Source: Kudoa neothunni
Taxonomy: Eukaryota; Animalia; Cnidaria
Length of the DNA: 64,000 bases
NCBI GenBank assembly: GCA_964304625.1
Contig: OZ199838.1
Location: forward strand, 8,479,704 to 8,543,703
Direction: 5' to 3'
Shown here: positions 12,057-25,362 of the stretch, piece by piece
Layout: every line of letters begins with the position of its first letter
Numbering within the stretch: the stretch's first letter is position 1
Notes under the pieces: generated by a model
Told to the model about the DNA's origin: nothing
What the model saw: the letters and a program-made list of their open reading frames with translations, nothing else
Database searches by the model: none
Made by a program: the position numbers and the translations under genes

Positions 12057-13960
12057 ATGTCCGGATCAGTTTATGGAGGAGGTTACATTTATATATATAT
12101 ATATATATATTCTTATAATACATATTAAATTTTTAGATGACGTTGGTGCGATAGTGTTTGATTTTGGAGGTTATACTACTAAATGTGGATATGCAGGGGA
12201 AGAATTTCCAAAAGTAGGTTGTTTTCTTGTCGTATTTGGCTTCACATTTTTGACGTGACAACAGTGTGAGATGCCTTCCTGTGTCGGATTTTCCACGCAA
12301 AATGTCGCCGTAACAGAAGAATTGGATATGACTGTTTATGACGATGATGACGTGTATATTCCACCGCGACGCAGTACTTTGTAATGTCGTTTGGCAACCA
12401 TAAAGAAATATATAATAGTGAGGCATAACACCATCTGTGGCTATAATAGTTTGTCCCACATAAGTCCGAGCTATCAGCTTAAAATGTTGTACGACAATGA
12501 TTCATGTAATAAAGAGACGTTTTTGCGATTATTATCTACTCAGTCAATCTCTTAGCACTCAATATGGATGTGGTTGAAGAAATGTTAAATCACATGTATC
12601 AAAGTGTTCTTTTTACCACTACAGATAGCCATCCTGTTCTATTAACGGAGCCATTTGTAATACAATAACATTTGTGATTGGCGTTACTAATACTAATAAT
12701 AGGACAATGCGAAGAAAAATAGAGATCGAATGACTGAATTAATGTTTGAAAAATATAATAGTCCAGCTATTAGCGCTTGTAAAGCGCCAGTGTTGGCATC
12801 ATTTGCCAATGGTCGAACCACTTCACTTGTGGTTGATATGGGTCACAGCAAGACTAGTATTTGCCCAGTGAGTGATGGTTATTGCTTGACCAGGGCGTGT
12901 ACTACGTTGGATGTGTGTGGTTCTTATCTTTTAAAACAAACCGAAGCTCTGCTCAAAAATACATTCCGCGTCGATCTAACTCCAATGTCATGCATTAAAA
13001 ACAAAGTATTAGACTTTGTTATTGCATCGTGCGTTTCAACATGAATGCAATAGCGATTAAAAAACTTGGAAGAAACCCCTATGTTTACTTTAAAAGATAA
13101 TTTTAATAATTTCGATCCAAATTGGATAACCTATCAAAGAATGCAGCTTATACACGATTTTCAGTTGAGCACACTTTCAGTTGCTGATTATCGTTTGAGC
13201 TTTGAACGTGATAAGTACTTCTATATGTAAAAATAATTCATTATGATGTGATTTTCCAGTACCCAAAAAATCTATCCTATAAGTTGTATGGAATATCAAT
13301 TTCCTACTGGATACCGCATGGACTTAACGAAAAAATTCCACCAAGAACAACATTCGGTTAAAATTCCTGAGTTTTACTTTAATGAGGATCTACAGGTATA
13401 TTCTATTTTATCTATGTTTGTGTTATCCAACGCTTTTACTCATTAGAGAAATCTTAATATGCCAGTTGTAAAATCGATTCAGTCGGCTGTTGATGAAGCA
13501 GTTGATAAATGTGATATTGACATGAAAACGGTAATATTCCTCGGAATTATTGTATGAGTGTTGATTTGTCTGATGTGCGTAGTGTCTTATGAATAACATT
13601 ATATTGTGTGGTGGTTGTTCTTCGATTAATGGCATGAGCGATCGTCTTTATAACGAATTAACTGCTATAACATCGCCAGTATGTTTGGATATGGCCCCTA
13701 TAGTGCGCATATTTTGATTTCTTTAATAGACAATCAAAATCAAGGTATTACAGCCAAGTAGTTCAGCGGAGAAAAAGTTTAGTTCCTGGATTGGTGGATC
13801 AATTCTTGCTAGTTTGGTCATTTGCTAACCATTTTCAACGTTTAATATTCATCCTATTAATGCGTATCAAATTTAGGGTTCATTTCAACAGTTATGGATA
13901 TCTCCATCGGAGTACAAAGAAATTGGTCCAAATTGTATTGACTTACGTTCTGTTACCTAG
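12057..13960 (+). CDS. ACTL6A: Actin-like protein 6 (BAF53/ARP4), 12 exons
   Basis: Spliced reading: MSGSVYGG/DDVGAIVFDFGGYTTKCGYAGEEFPK...HPVLLTEP...ELMFEKYN...ANGRTTSLVVDMG...SSWIGGSILASL/GSFQQLWIS. Eleven short GT-AG introns and no frameshifts. A/B paralog assignment is not meaningful outside vertebrates. Confidence 0.95.
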
Positions 13961-14612
13961 CTAGCTCAATAAATTCTCTTTTGTTTATAAATCTTATTGT
14001 GTTATATCCCTTTGTTTATTTTACATGCAATATTTTATTGGAAGCATTCTATAAAATAATTTTTTTTTTCATACTTCGCATGGGTGAGTGGATCTGCATA
14101 TAATGTTAAATAATAATTATTTCATGCGAGTCACAATTAAAAATGTTTTCATTCTTATGATCGAGAATTTATAAACTTTTATTGGTTTATTTATCTCAGT
14201 GCTTCCCCAATTGAGGGTCGGGGACTCACACCTTGAGTCAACGAAAAAATCTTATGGCCAAAAATGTTTCATACGTAATGTACCGATTCTAAGTAATCAG
14301 AATCTCTTTCGAAAATACATCATGTGCGGAATCGAATCTGAAATAGATCTGGTAAACAAATAGTCATTTGATGAATTTTCCTGAAAATTAATTTTATTTC
14401 AAATTACTATTTTCGAATTATTAATATATGAAATATTCGATTTTTAATAAAAAAGATTGATGACTCGTTAAATATTTTAAAATGGGTTGAAATATTAAAA
14501 ATTTTATTATTTGTTGTTTTAAGTAAACCATGAGGTAAGCAAGTATTAAAGTTTAGTTAGCTTCAAGATTATGTTTTTTGTTTTGTTTGTTGAATTATTT
14601 TAAATTGTTATA

Positions 14613-16167
14613 CAGTAGGTAACCTATTTTCCGTAATGACCGATTTTCGGTAACTTCGGAGTTTCTTCCATTAGAATATTGTTTTAATATTTTAAACCAT
14701 ATATTTGATTTTATTAAAATATACTAAACAGGAGTGCAAAAATGCTACTTTTAGTAAATTTTAGCTCCTTTCTATTACTACTCTAGATATCATCTTGATT
14801 AGGAAGAAAGATATAGTTTTATCTTATAAACTGGTTTGGCTACTTCAGAGAGAAAAAATTTAAAACAGTGTTCAAATAGTGGCATCGATACTATAGTATA
14901 TGACTAGGTGAATTATTTGAGATAAAAAAATTAAGCTATCTGATCATGATATCGTACATGAAACAAACCAATTGACAAAATAATTGAACCTAAGCGTAGT
15001 AGCGATCCATGATTGTTCCGTGGCTTTAAATCGCGATTTATTTTAAAAATATCACTGCTTATGGTGATGTTGCTTATGTTGACTAAAGTTTTGTAGAAAA
15101 TTGGTAATCTAAATTGAATGACTAAGTCATTGGTAACAACGATGACTGTATCAATAACCTTGAAGAAACTACACTATTTTACTAACAATATAGATATCTA
15201 TTATTTTTAATGCTGTTTCGTCGAGAGAAAAAAATCTAAAATATAGTTACTGTTTTGAGACGTGCATCTACGCCTGGGGGTTGCATTGAACCTCTTGTGA
15301 TTGGAAATCACAAAAACCATGTTGTTTTAAAAATGCTAAATAAAACATTTATAGCAAAGTACAAATCAAACAGGAAAGAATGGATGACAAGGAAATAATT
15401 TAAGAAATACCTTCCTAATTGTAACAATGAATTCAAAACGACGTACAAGAAAGTTTTTCTACTTGCCACGACAAAATTCATTTATCGAGTATCTCTCTTA
15501 TATTCCTTACAAAAAGTTCAAATAGCGTTTTGCCATTATTAGACCTTGAAATCATTTTCTTATTCAAATCAAATTACAAAAATAATTTAATAGAAAGCCA
15601 TATTGCTGCAGTTAGCAATGATATAAATACATCCTTCCAAGGTAGGCTTCAAACATTATTCCTAATTATAAATAATGGGACGGTGTTTCAAAGGATATTG
15701 TATTTAACTGATTCAGAAAATATGAGTTTCCTGCAGCCGATAAATACGAGCGTTCATTAAATATCAATTTAAGCAATAAATAATTCTCAGCTGGAAATTC
15801 CGAGATTTTTCAAGAGGAAGCCATTATGCCTACATCAAAACACTTTGACGAGCTTGCTCCTTTGATTGTTGAATCTGCGGATTCTGAAACTGAAACTTTA
15901 TGAGCGGCAGAATTTATATCAGAAAAAGATGTACTTAAATTTTTGAACAAGCAGAATAGATATACGATAGAGAGGAATTAATTATCTAAACGAAATAATG
16001 ACTTAGGATGACAAAATTACGACAAACGTCTTTAAAAATATGAATAAAAATAACATATTATTTCAATAAAAGGAGATGAATGTATAAATTAAATTAATTG
16101 CTTTAAAATAGGCGTATCTTTTTATTTTTGCGTGCGCAGAAAGTTATGGAAAATCGGTTACCTACTG
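14613..16167 (+). mobile_element. Degraded pogo/Tigger element, copy 1
   Basis: TA TSD; TIR CAGTAGGTAACC(T/G)ATTTTCC; decayed transposase motifs (EPLVIG..KKP.CFK, KSNRKEWMT, LDLEII); homologous to 60847-62596. Confidence 0.9.
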
Positions 16168-16692
16168 TACTTCACATGAGAATCAATTTTCACTAAAAAA
16201 TTATGTAAAATTGAACTTTACATTAGAGATGGGCCACATATTTACAGTCAACAACGGTTATTGCGTAGTCTTTTTGGGAAATGACAAAAAGGTATGCAAT
16301 ACAATACACATTCAGTGAGTAATATCCACCTGGTTTCGCGCGCATCAACTATAAAACTCAATTATTTTTTTAAACAAACTAATTAACATTTATTTGTTGG
16401 AAACATTGTTAGAAAAGTACATTTCTAAGTTTACTTTACAATATTCGATACATTATCCATCATTGGGTAGAAATCATTCAATCCGTCTGGGTCTTAAGTT
16501 AAAATGTTCGGCGTATTTCTGAGATAGCATCCTTCAGTTTCACCGCGTTTAATATATACGTGAGGTGGTCATTTTCATTTCAAATAAATGGATTGTTCTT
16601 ATAAAAATAAAAACCACATATTATAATCTCACACGTTTTGCATGATCTAACTGATTAATAATGGTACAGCCACCACGTTAGATTTATTAAAA

Positions 16693-19561
16693 GGCAATGG
16701 CTATTGGCACGGTAATCGATAACTCCATAACCGCTTCTCAGTTTATAACCACATTTCTCAAACTTATTTATCGATTTTTTTCCTACAAAATTTTCTATAA
16801 AAACATAAAATATATGTTTATCATCATAATAACCCCATTAAATAGAACGGAACGTTTAAAATAACAAATTATAGGTTATTATTAACGTATATAATCTAAT
16901 AAAATTAATTATAACCAGTATTTTCATAATATGTAAAAAATGGGCGTCCACCATTATTCATTGGTTGGGCGCGCAAAAACTACACCACGTGTCAAGACTC
17001 GCGAATAATTAATTTAGATGTTTACATCAAAAATATATAAACCTATTTATAATTTTTATGTTACGTACGAGTATTAAAAATTTAACCTCAATTTTTGTAT
17101 ATTTGTAATACATGATGTTATGTAGGTTTTATGATAATTATTGGATAATGAATTGCCAGCATAAGAAAGTAGAAAAAAAATTTAGGATATTTCTTGGAAT
17201 AAAGATCATAATACCAAGATATTTGTAACCGTTCTACATTAGATTCAATATTAAATGATTTCAGTTTTATTTTAAGGCAGTGATACTTATACGACGTATG
17301 AATTCACATGATCGCGCAATTTTAAATTCATAGTTATGGAGCAAACAAGTCAATGCAATAACGAAAAAACTTACTTTGGGATAGGAAAGAAGTTTCCCAC
17401 AATTGATTCACTATGCGATACGATTTATGCTTATGAAAAGAATAAATGTTGTTATCTTAAAATATACAGCTCAAGATCTATAGAAAATGCACAGAAACGA
17501 ATGAATAGATACCTTAACCCTTTATTGGTTTATTATGAAATAAAACACGTTTGTATTTTTGCTAATAATTATTATTTTTATTTGTCATGTCAAAATTATC
17601 AAAAATTTCGACAAAGAAAATGGTGATATTTTAGTTTGTGATCGTTTCTATTTATTACAGGAGTAAGTTAAGTCGAAGATTCCTGCAACAAAAAAGATGA
17701 CAATTTTTCAGATAATATTTGTTTAAGAATTTCCACGTCGTAGAACAACCGTCCAAATTATCGTTGTTTATTATTATTAATAGAAATTACAGACCGAGCG
17801 GTAATAATTGATAAGTCATTCGATAAAAAACAAGAAATGAAATATTGGAAGATGGCTGTAATGCCAATTTACATAATATCTCTGATATAGCGCACGTATC
17901 AACATACAACGATATTAATCGTAACTTATTACATGTTCAAAATGAGATAATATCTAATAGGTCTTATTCTTTCCAATAAGGTAAAATCAGTAGGAAGACC
18001 GGCTAAAGTGCAGAACAGGTCGGTGGATTAGACGGGGTTATAAATTAATCTGGCCATAATCTCACCAATGCAGCGAAGAAAACAAATCTTGAAAAACTAA
18101 CTAAAGTTATATATTTCGCAGATTGTTTTTAGAGTTTATGATAGTAGTTTCCCTCTAAATTTAAAATGGAACATAAATTCCGCAATATAAGATACTAGCA
18201 TTCCCTCTTTTTTGTTTGGAACCTTTCGATACAATCTTTTAAAAGCGGACCAAGTTCCCTCTATTCGATTTGTATGATAGCCATTCCTATTCACAAACTC
18301 TCTCTCGTGAATCACCTTTTGATGAGCATACATATTATTAGAAACATTATTATATCCCAACCAACCATCTGTGACAATATTCGAACCTGGCATTACATTG
18401 CGAGATATAATATCATCCAATATTATTGCGGTTCGGAATGTCGTTTGCTCCATAAATACGTTTCCGTTACTGTCGATGCCACCTACTATCCATGTTTGTT
18501 GATTTCTCAACAAACGCCCAACATTTGCTTTCCTTTTACATACCAGACTTTCGTCTATTCGGACATTAACGCCTGGACCGCCTACCATAATTGAATTTTT
18601 CAAAAAATAATTAACATGGATATCTCGAATAAAATTTTTCCAATCGCAAGCAGTGTGATTGGAACCTTATCGTGCTTCTCGACAGAGCGCTTCTTGGGAA
18701 TCGTTTTTATAGACAACACAATAAATTATTATGAATATTTGGCAATAGAAACAATAATTATCCCTGTATTTTTTTCTTCGTATAAAGTTAATTGGACTCC
18801 CACAGGAATGCACTTTTGAAGACGGCAGTAATTTGAGACGTTGCATCATCTTTACGAACCCTAGTTTGTTCTGATGAAAGTGTGGAATATCTCTCTCATT
18901 TATTTCATCTATGTTATCAATATCAAAACGTTCCAAATCAAACTCATTGACGTTCATTCTGAAGGTTGGCAGAAACCCCGCAACTTAAGGATTATTATTA
19001 ATGCGGCAAATCTCATAAGGCGATTAAGGGCTAATCCACCGACCTGTTCTGCACTTTAACCGGAAGACCTAGGGGAAAAAGATTAACAGCCATAGGCCTA
19101 CCAAAAAAAAAGAAAACAATAATCGAATGTTTCCAAGTAAGCCATAACGAAAATTTATCATTTTATTCCATTAAGTATACTTTTTTGGAAGTCAAATATT
19201 TTTATTTTTCTTATTGTGACAAAAATTCTGATGTAAGAAACAGCGCAAACAAATGTATAAAACAAAGTGATCATTGCCTGCGCGCCCAACCAATGAATAA
19301 TGGTGGACGCCCATTTTTTACATATTATGAAAATACTGGTTATAATTAATTTTATTAGATTATATACGTTAATAATAACCTATAATTTGTTATTTTAAAC
19401 GTTCCGTTCTATTTAATGGGGTTATCATAATCATAAACATATATTTTATGTTTTTATAGAAAATTTTGTAGGGAAAAAATCGATAAATAAGTTTGCGAAA
19501 TGTGGTTATAAACTGAGAAGCGGTTATGGATATATCGATTACCGTGCCAATAGCCACTGCC
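16693..19561 (+). mobile_element. Internally deleted Mutator-like element (MULE) with ~283-bp TIRs
   Basis: Long inverted repeats at 16693-16975 and 19279-19561; 9-bp TSD ttattaaaa/ttattaaac. ORF 17336-17626 resembles the ZSWIM3-type MULE N-terminal domain, and a C-terminal VGRPRGKRLTAIGLPKKK is split by a Merlin insertion. Confidence 0.9.
18001..19061 (-). mobile_element. Merlin transposon, 1061 bp, nested in the MULE
   Basis: 31-bp TIRs GG(C/T)TAAAGTGCAGAACAGGTCGGTGGATTAG; perfect 8-bp TSD GGAAGACC. Transposase at 18957-18136 (VRIDES, IVTDGW, HTNRIEGTW) has one in-frame stop at 18667-18669. Confidence 0.95.
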
Positions 19562-21759
19562 TTATTAAACTCTAAAAGTTGAGAATTAAAGATAAGCTTG
19601 ATAATCTTGTGTACCTAGAAAGGTGTTCCTTCTGAATTAATTATCGAGAAATTTTTCTTTTAAACTTAATTTTTGGAATTAAATTATAAACAAATTTGGA
19701 TTTACCAAAGTTCGGTGGGGTAAGAAAAAGCAAATGATCTACGTTAGAACCATGACATATAAGGCCGCGCGAGTGTTAAAAATGAAGTTGCTATTTTACG
19801 TTTAATTTAATCTTGAAATTTTGTGATTTAATCTTATACAATCGTCTATCTCTATATATATTTTAATTTTTAAATGTGACGAAAAAACAATAATTAAATC
19901 TAATACATTAAATTTGTTCCAAGACATTATTCGCTGTTAATGCTTATCATTGATAATTATAGGCATTCTTCGGTATTTAGAATAATATTAATTATACTAC
20001 TAAAATTTTCACAATTTTCACAATTAAACATCATTTTCGATTATCAATAATGATATTTCAGTTTATACATTTTTTTAGCGGTTATCTCTTGCTAAATTTG
20101 ATAGGTATTTAATTAATTATGGAACATATTTGCCATCGGATTTTTAAACCGTTGTTTCCCACATAATAATAGTACAAATTGATACATCAATTATAATAAA
20201 AATTATAATATCTGCAACAAATTTATTAAAAAAATTGTTAACATCATTATTTAACTCTTTCGAAATTACTTATTTTCATCATAATGACCAAAACTCACTT
20301 ACAACACAATGTCTTAATGTAACGTTCCCTCTTTATTTGTTTATAATTTAATTAATTGATGAAAATCTTATTCTCTAAGGTAAATTCTATATTAAAAGTT
20401 ACATAAAATTTAAATATTATAGATTTCAGGAATACAAAATAAAATATTCCTTTGCAGAAGAGCAAAATTACATGATCTTGTGCAATTATAACAAAATCTT
20501 ACGCCTCCTATAATAATTTTCATCATTTCATGTGTAAAAATTCGTTTAAACGGCAAAAAACATCCAGATAACGCTATTGCGCAGACATAAAACACAACTT
20601 AGTAATGTTTCGAGATTAATCTAACGTATGATTATTTTCAAACATGTTATACGTGCCAATTATTTGTTTATTGCATCATTTTAATATTTCATATAAGATT
20701 TAATCAATGAGTTAATCAATCCGAACCATTATATAGGTTTCTTGAAAATTTTAGAAGATAGATATTTTAGTTGATTCATTAAGCCAAAAGAAAGTAACAT
20801 TTAATTATTTTGTTATAATTGATTGTCATTGGTCGGATTCCTCCAAGATTCTATCGGATCCGGTATATTTGATTTATCATCAATTTGATCACTGATATTT
20901 GGCTCTCAGCGATATATGAATAAAAGAAATCAATTTGTGTTTAGTAATTAAGTCCACAGTTTTTTGAAATATTTAAATGCCATCCACATTGTTATCATGA
21001 TCCATTTGTCGTAGTTACATTATTTACATTAAATGTAATACAAATACTTTCTACATTATTTTTAAATAATTTTTAAATTTGATCAGCGGTTAAACTCCGC
21101 TTTAATGAAGAAATTAAGTCCGTAGATTTATCATCTATTTTATGCGAAATATTAGTGTTGATTTAACCCCAAAACAATCTAATAATGAAAGCGTACAAAA
21201 ATTTTTATTATTATAGTTTTATTATTTATGTACAATGACCACACATTATATAGTTTAAAATAAACGAATCTATTCAGTTTTAAAGAGAAACTTGCAATCT
21301 TGTAATAAAACCAAGATACTAATAAATTTATGCACGCGGACAAAATTTATAATTAAAATCAAAAAACTACAAAATCAAAAATTTGTCGCAAGTGCCACTA
21401 TTATTCGTATTTGATATTTTTCACCCAAATATTAATATATCTAGTTTATTCACAAATAATGATTTATATATACATTTAACCAGCGTTTCCAACCATGTCC
21501 TATTTTTATTCTTGTACTTCGAAATAATGAATAATCGCAAACAATGTTTCAAAGATAAGGAGTTATTGCAAATTAACAAAAAATGGAATTTAATCGTTGC
21601 TGATTTCATTACGGGAAATCTTCGAATAGAAAACTTTATACTTGAAACAATGCTTTATTTCAAATTAAAATGTCTGCAATAGGAGTTCACCAAACACAAG
21701 ATACAATTAGAAATTTTAGTAATTCATAAATCCTATGTAATACAAAAAATGAGCTTAAA

Positions 21760-22556
21760 AATATGCCAAAAATTTATCAGAATGAACACATTTTTCAATG
21801 TTATGCTTCTGTTAAGACCAACATTTTGGATTTTTTACCATTATTAGCGGCAATACACAGTTCCATCGTGACCATGAATCATTTTGGAATTATTACGAAA
21901 AGATTTTTGTGTTTGAATTCTGAATGCTTAAATTTAAAAAAATGACTCTGATGTTGGTGATATCCAATGCTAAGTTATCATTACAAGTGTTTGTTATCAA
22001 TTTTCATAAAATTCTAATTTTAGATATTACCTAAATATTAACTACTGGACTAATTTTTCTTAATTTTAATGAATAAATGGTCGCACATAAAAATAAAACC
22101 TCATCTAGGTATAGTTGTTACGTGTTATTCAAAAATCGAACGAGAGACTGTAATACAATCAATCGAAATTAAAGGAATTGAATAGGCTCCAAAACAAAGT
22201 TTGTCTGATTAAATTATTAACAATCGCCTTTTTAGCCATTGTTTATCGGCAAATAAATTTTAATTCTATCGGAAAATACAGCACATCTTAACTTCCTCTA
22301 GCTCTGATTAACGCTTTTTCGGAAAGAGCATTTTCTCTTCTGAAATTATCGAAAACATCCGAAGAAATAGAATGTTGTGCTCTACATTAAATAATCTTGT
22401 TCTAATGAGGAATTTTTTCAACACCTTGACAAAATGATGTCATAAATTTGAAGTTTCTGAGTTAATTATAAATTAACGTAATATTTATACATATAATTAA
22501 ATATTAGCTCCCTTCTTACAAAAAATCTGGTTTGTCCGATTTTGGTTGGCAACGTT
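21760..22556 (+). mobile_element. Highly decayed hAT transposon 3' portion
   Basis: Frameshifted dimerisation-domain remnant (SERAFSLLKL...RRNRMLCSTLNNLVLMR) at ~22290-22410 and a TIR-like TTGGCAACG at ~22546. Left boundary approximate. Confidence 0.55.
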
Positions 22557-25362
22557 TTCTTTAACTCACTAAAATTTATGTATTCTCCTAACTTATTATA
22601 AGGTATATTCTACGCAAGTTTTATCAAAAAATAAAAAAATTTTATCTTCGAAAAAATCTATTGGCTATATTCTGAGTAAAACAGTGGAAAATGTAGCAGA
22701 TAATATAATCCCATTTAATCTGGTACGTGTTGTTTTGGTAAAAACTCATATTTTGTCGCGTAATTAGCTTAATTCTGTGATTCATGCTTTTACAACAAAA
22801 AATAACAGCAATTAATTTTTCAACAATGAAAACATTTTAACGTTTTTTATAAAACGAAAATGTTTGTAATACATTATCTTGAATGGTTACATCTATTCGC
22901 CGAATGGGTTTGACAATAAGAGCCAAGACAATTTGTACGTGCTGAGGTTTTTTTATCATTTACTCGCGAACAAAAATTAAAACGAGAACTTTTCTCTTTT
23001 GTTATCATTATGTTATTCTAGAAGTGGTTGATAGAGAGCAGCGGCCATTTCTTTCAAGAAAGTGCGCCTTAGTTTATTTTTACAATTAAAAATGTTTTTG
23101 TATAATTCAAACGCATTTACCAAGGATAAATCCAGCATGTTAAAGAAAACAATCATTGGCCATCTTCTATTGAATCTCCTAACGGTGACAGATGCCAACA
23201 TTCTATCAACTGAATCGACACTACCTTTCGCTTTATAATTAACAATAACTTCAGGTTTTTTTTGATAATATCGTTCGTTATGTTCATATTTGTCGTTCCA
23301 GTTGGTAACAAAATGACAGATTTATTTTTCTTATTTACATACGACGTTACCATAAATTTCTCGTAAAATAGAAAAGTCGTACGAAATAAATCCCTTATTT
23401 TGGATGGAAGAGCACATGTTGGAATGTCTCTTAATGTGGCGTATAATATCCAAATACGTTGGACGTTTACGTAACAACTTTTATGCGAGTGGGAGAGATG
23501 TAAAAAAGTTGTCTGCTACAATATTTCTTCCAGAATCAAATAATGGTTCAGACAATGTCATGACTATAGATTCCTCAACACTTGAATTCCGGACGTTGTC
23601 GATTGCATTTTTTCAGAGATACGGCGAAACATTTAAAACATATTTTTCAACTGGGTCTACAAGCGGAAAGAATTTAATTCCATATTTCGCTGGTTTTAGA
23701 AGCATGTACTGTCTAAATGGACATTTACCTCCAAAAGCGACCAACTGCTCGTCTATGATAACATCTTGGTTAGTATTAAAATATTGTGGTAATTGTTTCA
23801 CCCACATTTGCCATAAACTGCGGATTGAACAAAATATATCTGTTTCTCTTCTTTCTGCTTTTATCCTATAATCATCAAAATGAAGAACTTTCGTGATTTG
23901 TTCAAATCTATTCTTCGAAAAAATTTCTCGATAATTTTCCTCGCCTTCAGCTAAACTAAAGAATTCTATAAAGGTTCCTCTCTATCCTTATGTACAGCCA
24001 TAAGGATGAGGATACCCAAATATCCATTGAACTCAACAATATCAACATTAATCCAGTCGTCTTCAAAATAATTCCTTCCAAATAAATTGGTCGATTCAAT
24101 TATTTTTTCACAGATGGTTTTTATAAATAATATAAAAAAATCTACAAGATTTTGTACACGTTGTATACATTATGCCGTTACACCGGGATAGGAATCCACT
24201 ATATATACAAAGTTCTTATGTCTGTCAGTGTACGTCAGTTTGCATTTAAATAGATGATACCATTAATAAAAATCTTTCATTTACTTAGAAGTATAAATAT
24301 AATCAGTACCGCGTTAAAAAGTACTTGCATAATATTGATATTTGTTTACTTCAGAACGATAGCCAATTAAAATGAACTTTCACTCACTATATACAAAGAG
24401 AATGTACTAATTATGGTGTAGAATATTCTAAAAATTTTGCATATGCCTGTTCGGAGTAATTTTAAGACAAATAAAACTATTAACGTCACATTTACAAGAG
24501 TATGATCCTTTTAAATAAAGCATATAATTCGAGATTAATTTGTTGCCATGTTGGAACAATTTTGGTCTCTATGCGCATTCTAAAAATGATGTAAGATGTG
24601 TGTAGAGTTTTCAAATAATTAAATTTTTGTGAAAATTTCTTTTTATCAAATATATCGATTGAGATTTAAACTATATTCGTCTTTTCGATAAGTTTTTACT
24701 CATTTTTTGGGTTTCCTAAACTTTCTTGCAAAATAACTGACAAAACTAATTCAATGAGTTTCTATACTTGATGAGACGATTTTTTAAATAATGTTTAAGT
24801 TCTTAGTTACTTAATTATTTCTTACCCCTAGACCTTAAGGTTAATATTCAAATCAATATATAATTTTCATTTTCGCTAAAAATAATTCATTAAGATATAA
24901 AAGCTGCATGAAAATATGCGACACCGCATTCTATACGTAGTTTAAGAATTTAACTTCACGTTACTTTTGCACAAAGTACGGTCCCCTCTCAATACGTGCC
25001 ATGTAATTTAACAAGAAATTATTGGTCTATTCGATCTAACCGATATTTACACAAAGCTTTCGTTAATCTAAGAGTAGTTCAATACAACGAAATTTTTTTA
25101 GGGCTATCAAACAGTACGTTTATTTTTAAAATAGGTGCACTCCTTCGATAAAACAAGTTGATATTTAAGCATTACTTTAATTTTTCAAACTAAAAACACC
25201 TTTACGTTTTGGATTGATCATATTTTGTTAATTTAATGTGTATTTTTTGAGTCAGTTAGTATTTTTGTTAAAATTAAGATTGACATTTATGTAAAAATCA
25301 AAAAATTGTTCTAAAATAATGAATACGTAAGTTACCACTCATAGATTGTTAAAACCTCATTA

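Noticed and set aside
14197-16285. hAT MITE (CAGTGCTTCCCCAA...) enclosing Tigger copy 1
   Set aside because: The right TIR and TSD could not be established.
18001-19061. Bacterial contamination or prokaryotic IS1595/IS630 elements
   Set aside because: The elements are nested with TSDs inside eukaryotic TEs and flanked by intron-containing genes; Merlin and Tc1 are the eukaryotic relatives of these IS families.
19600-21750. Short ORFs in an AT-rich stretch as a host gene
   Set aside because: No consistent exon chain or recognisable motif; probably very old TE debris.
23404-23871. 155-aa plus-strand ORF and similar short ORFs in the supplied track (e.g. 9836-10063, 18274-18594, 25609-25917, 35455-35700)
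   Set aside because: They are antisense shadows of transposase or host coding sequence.
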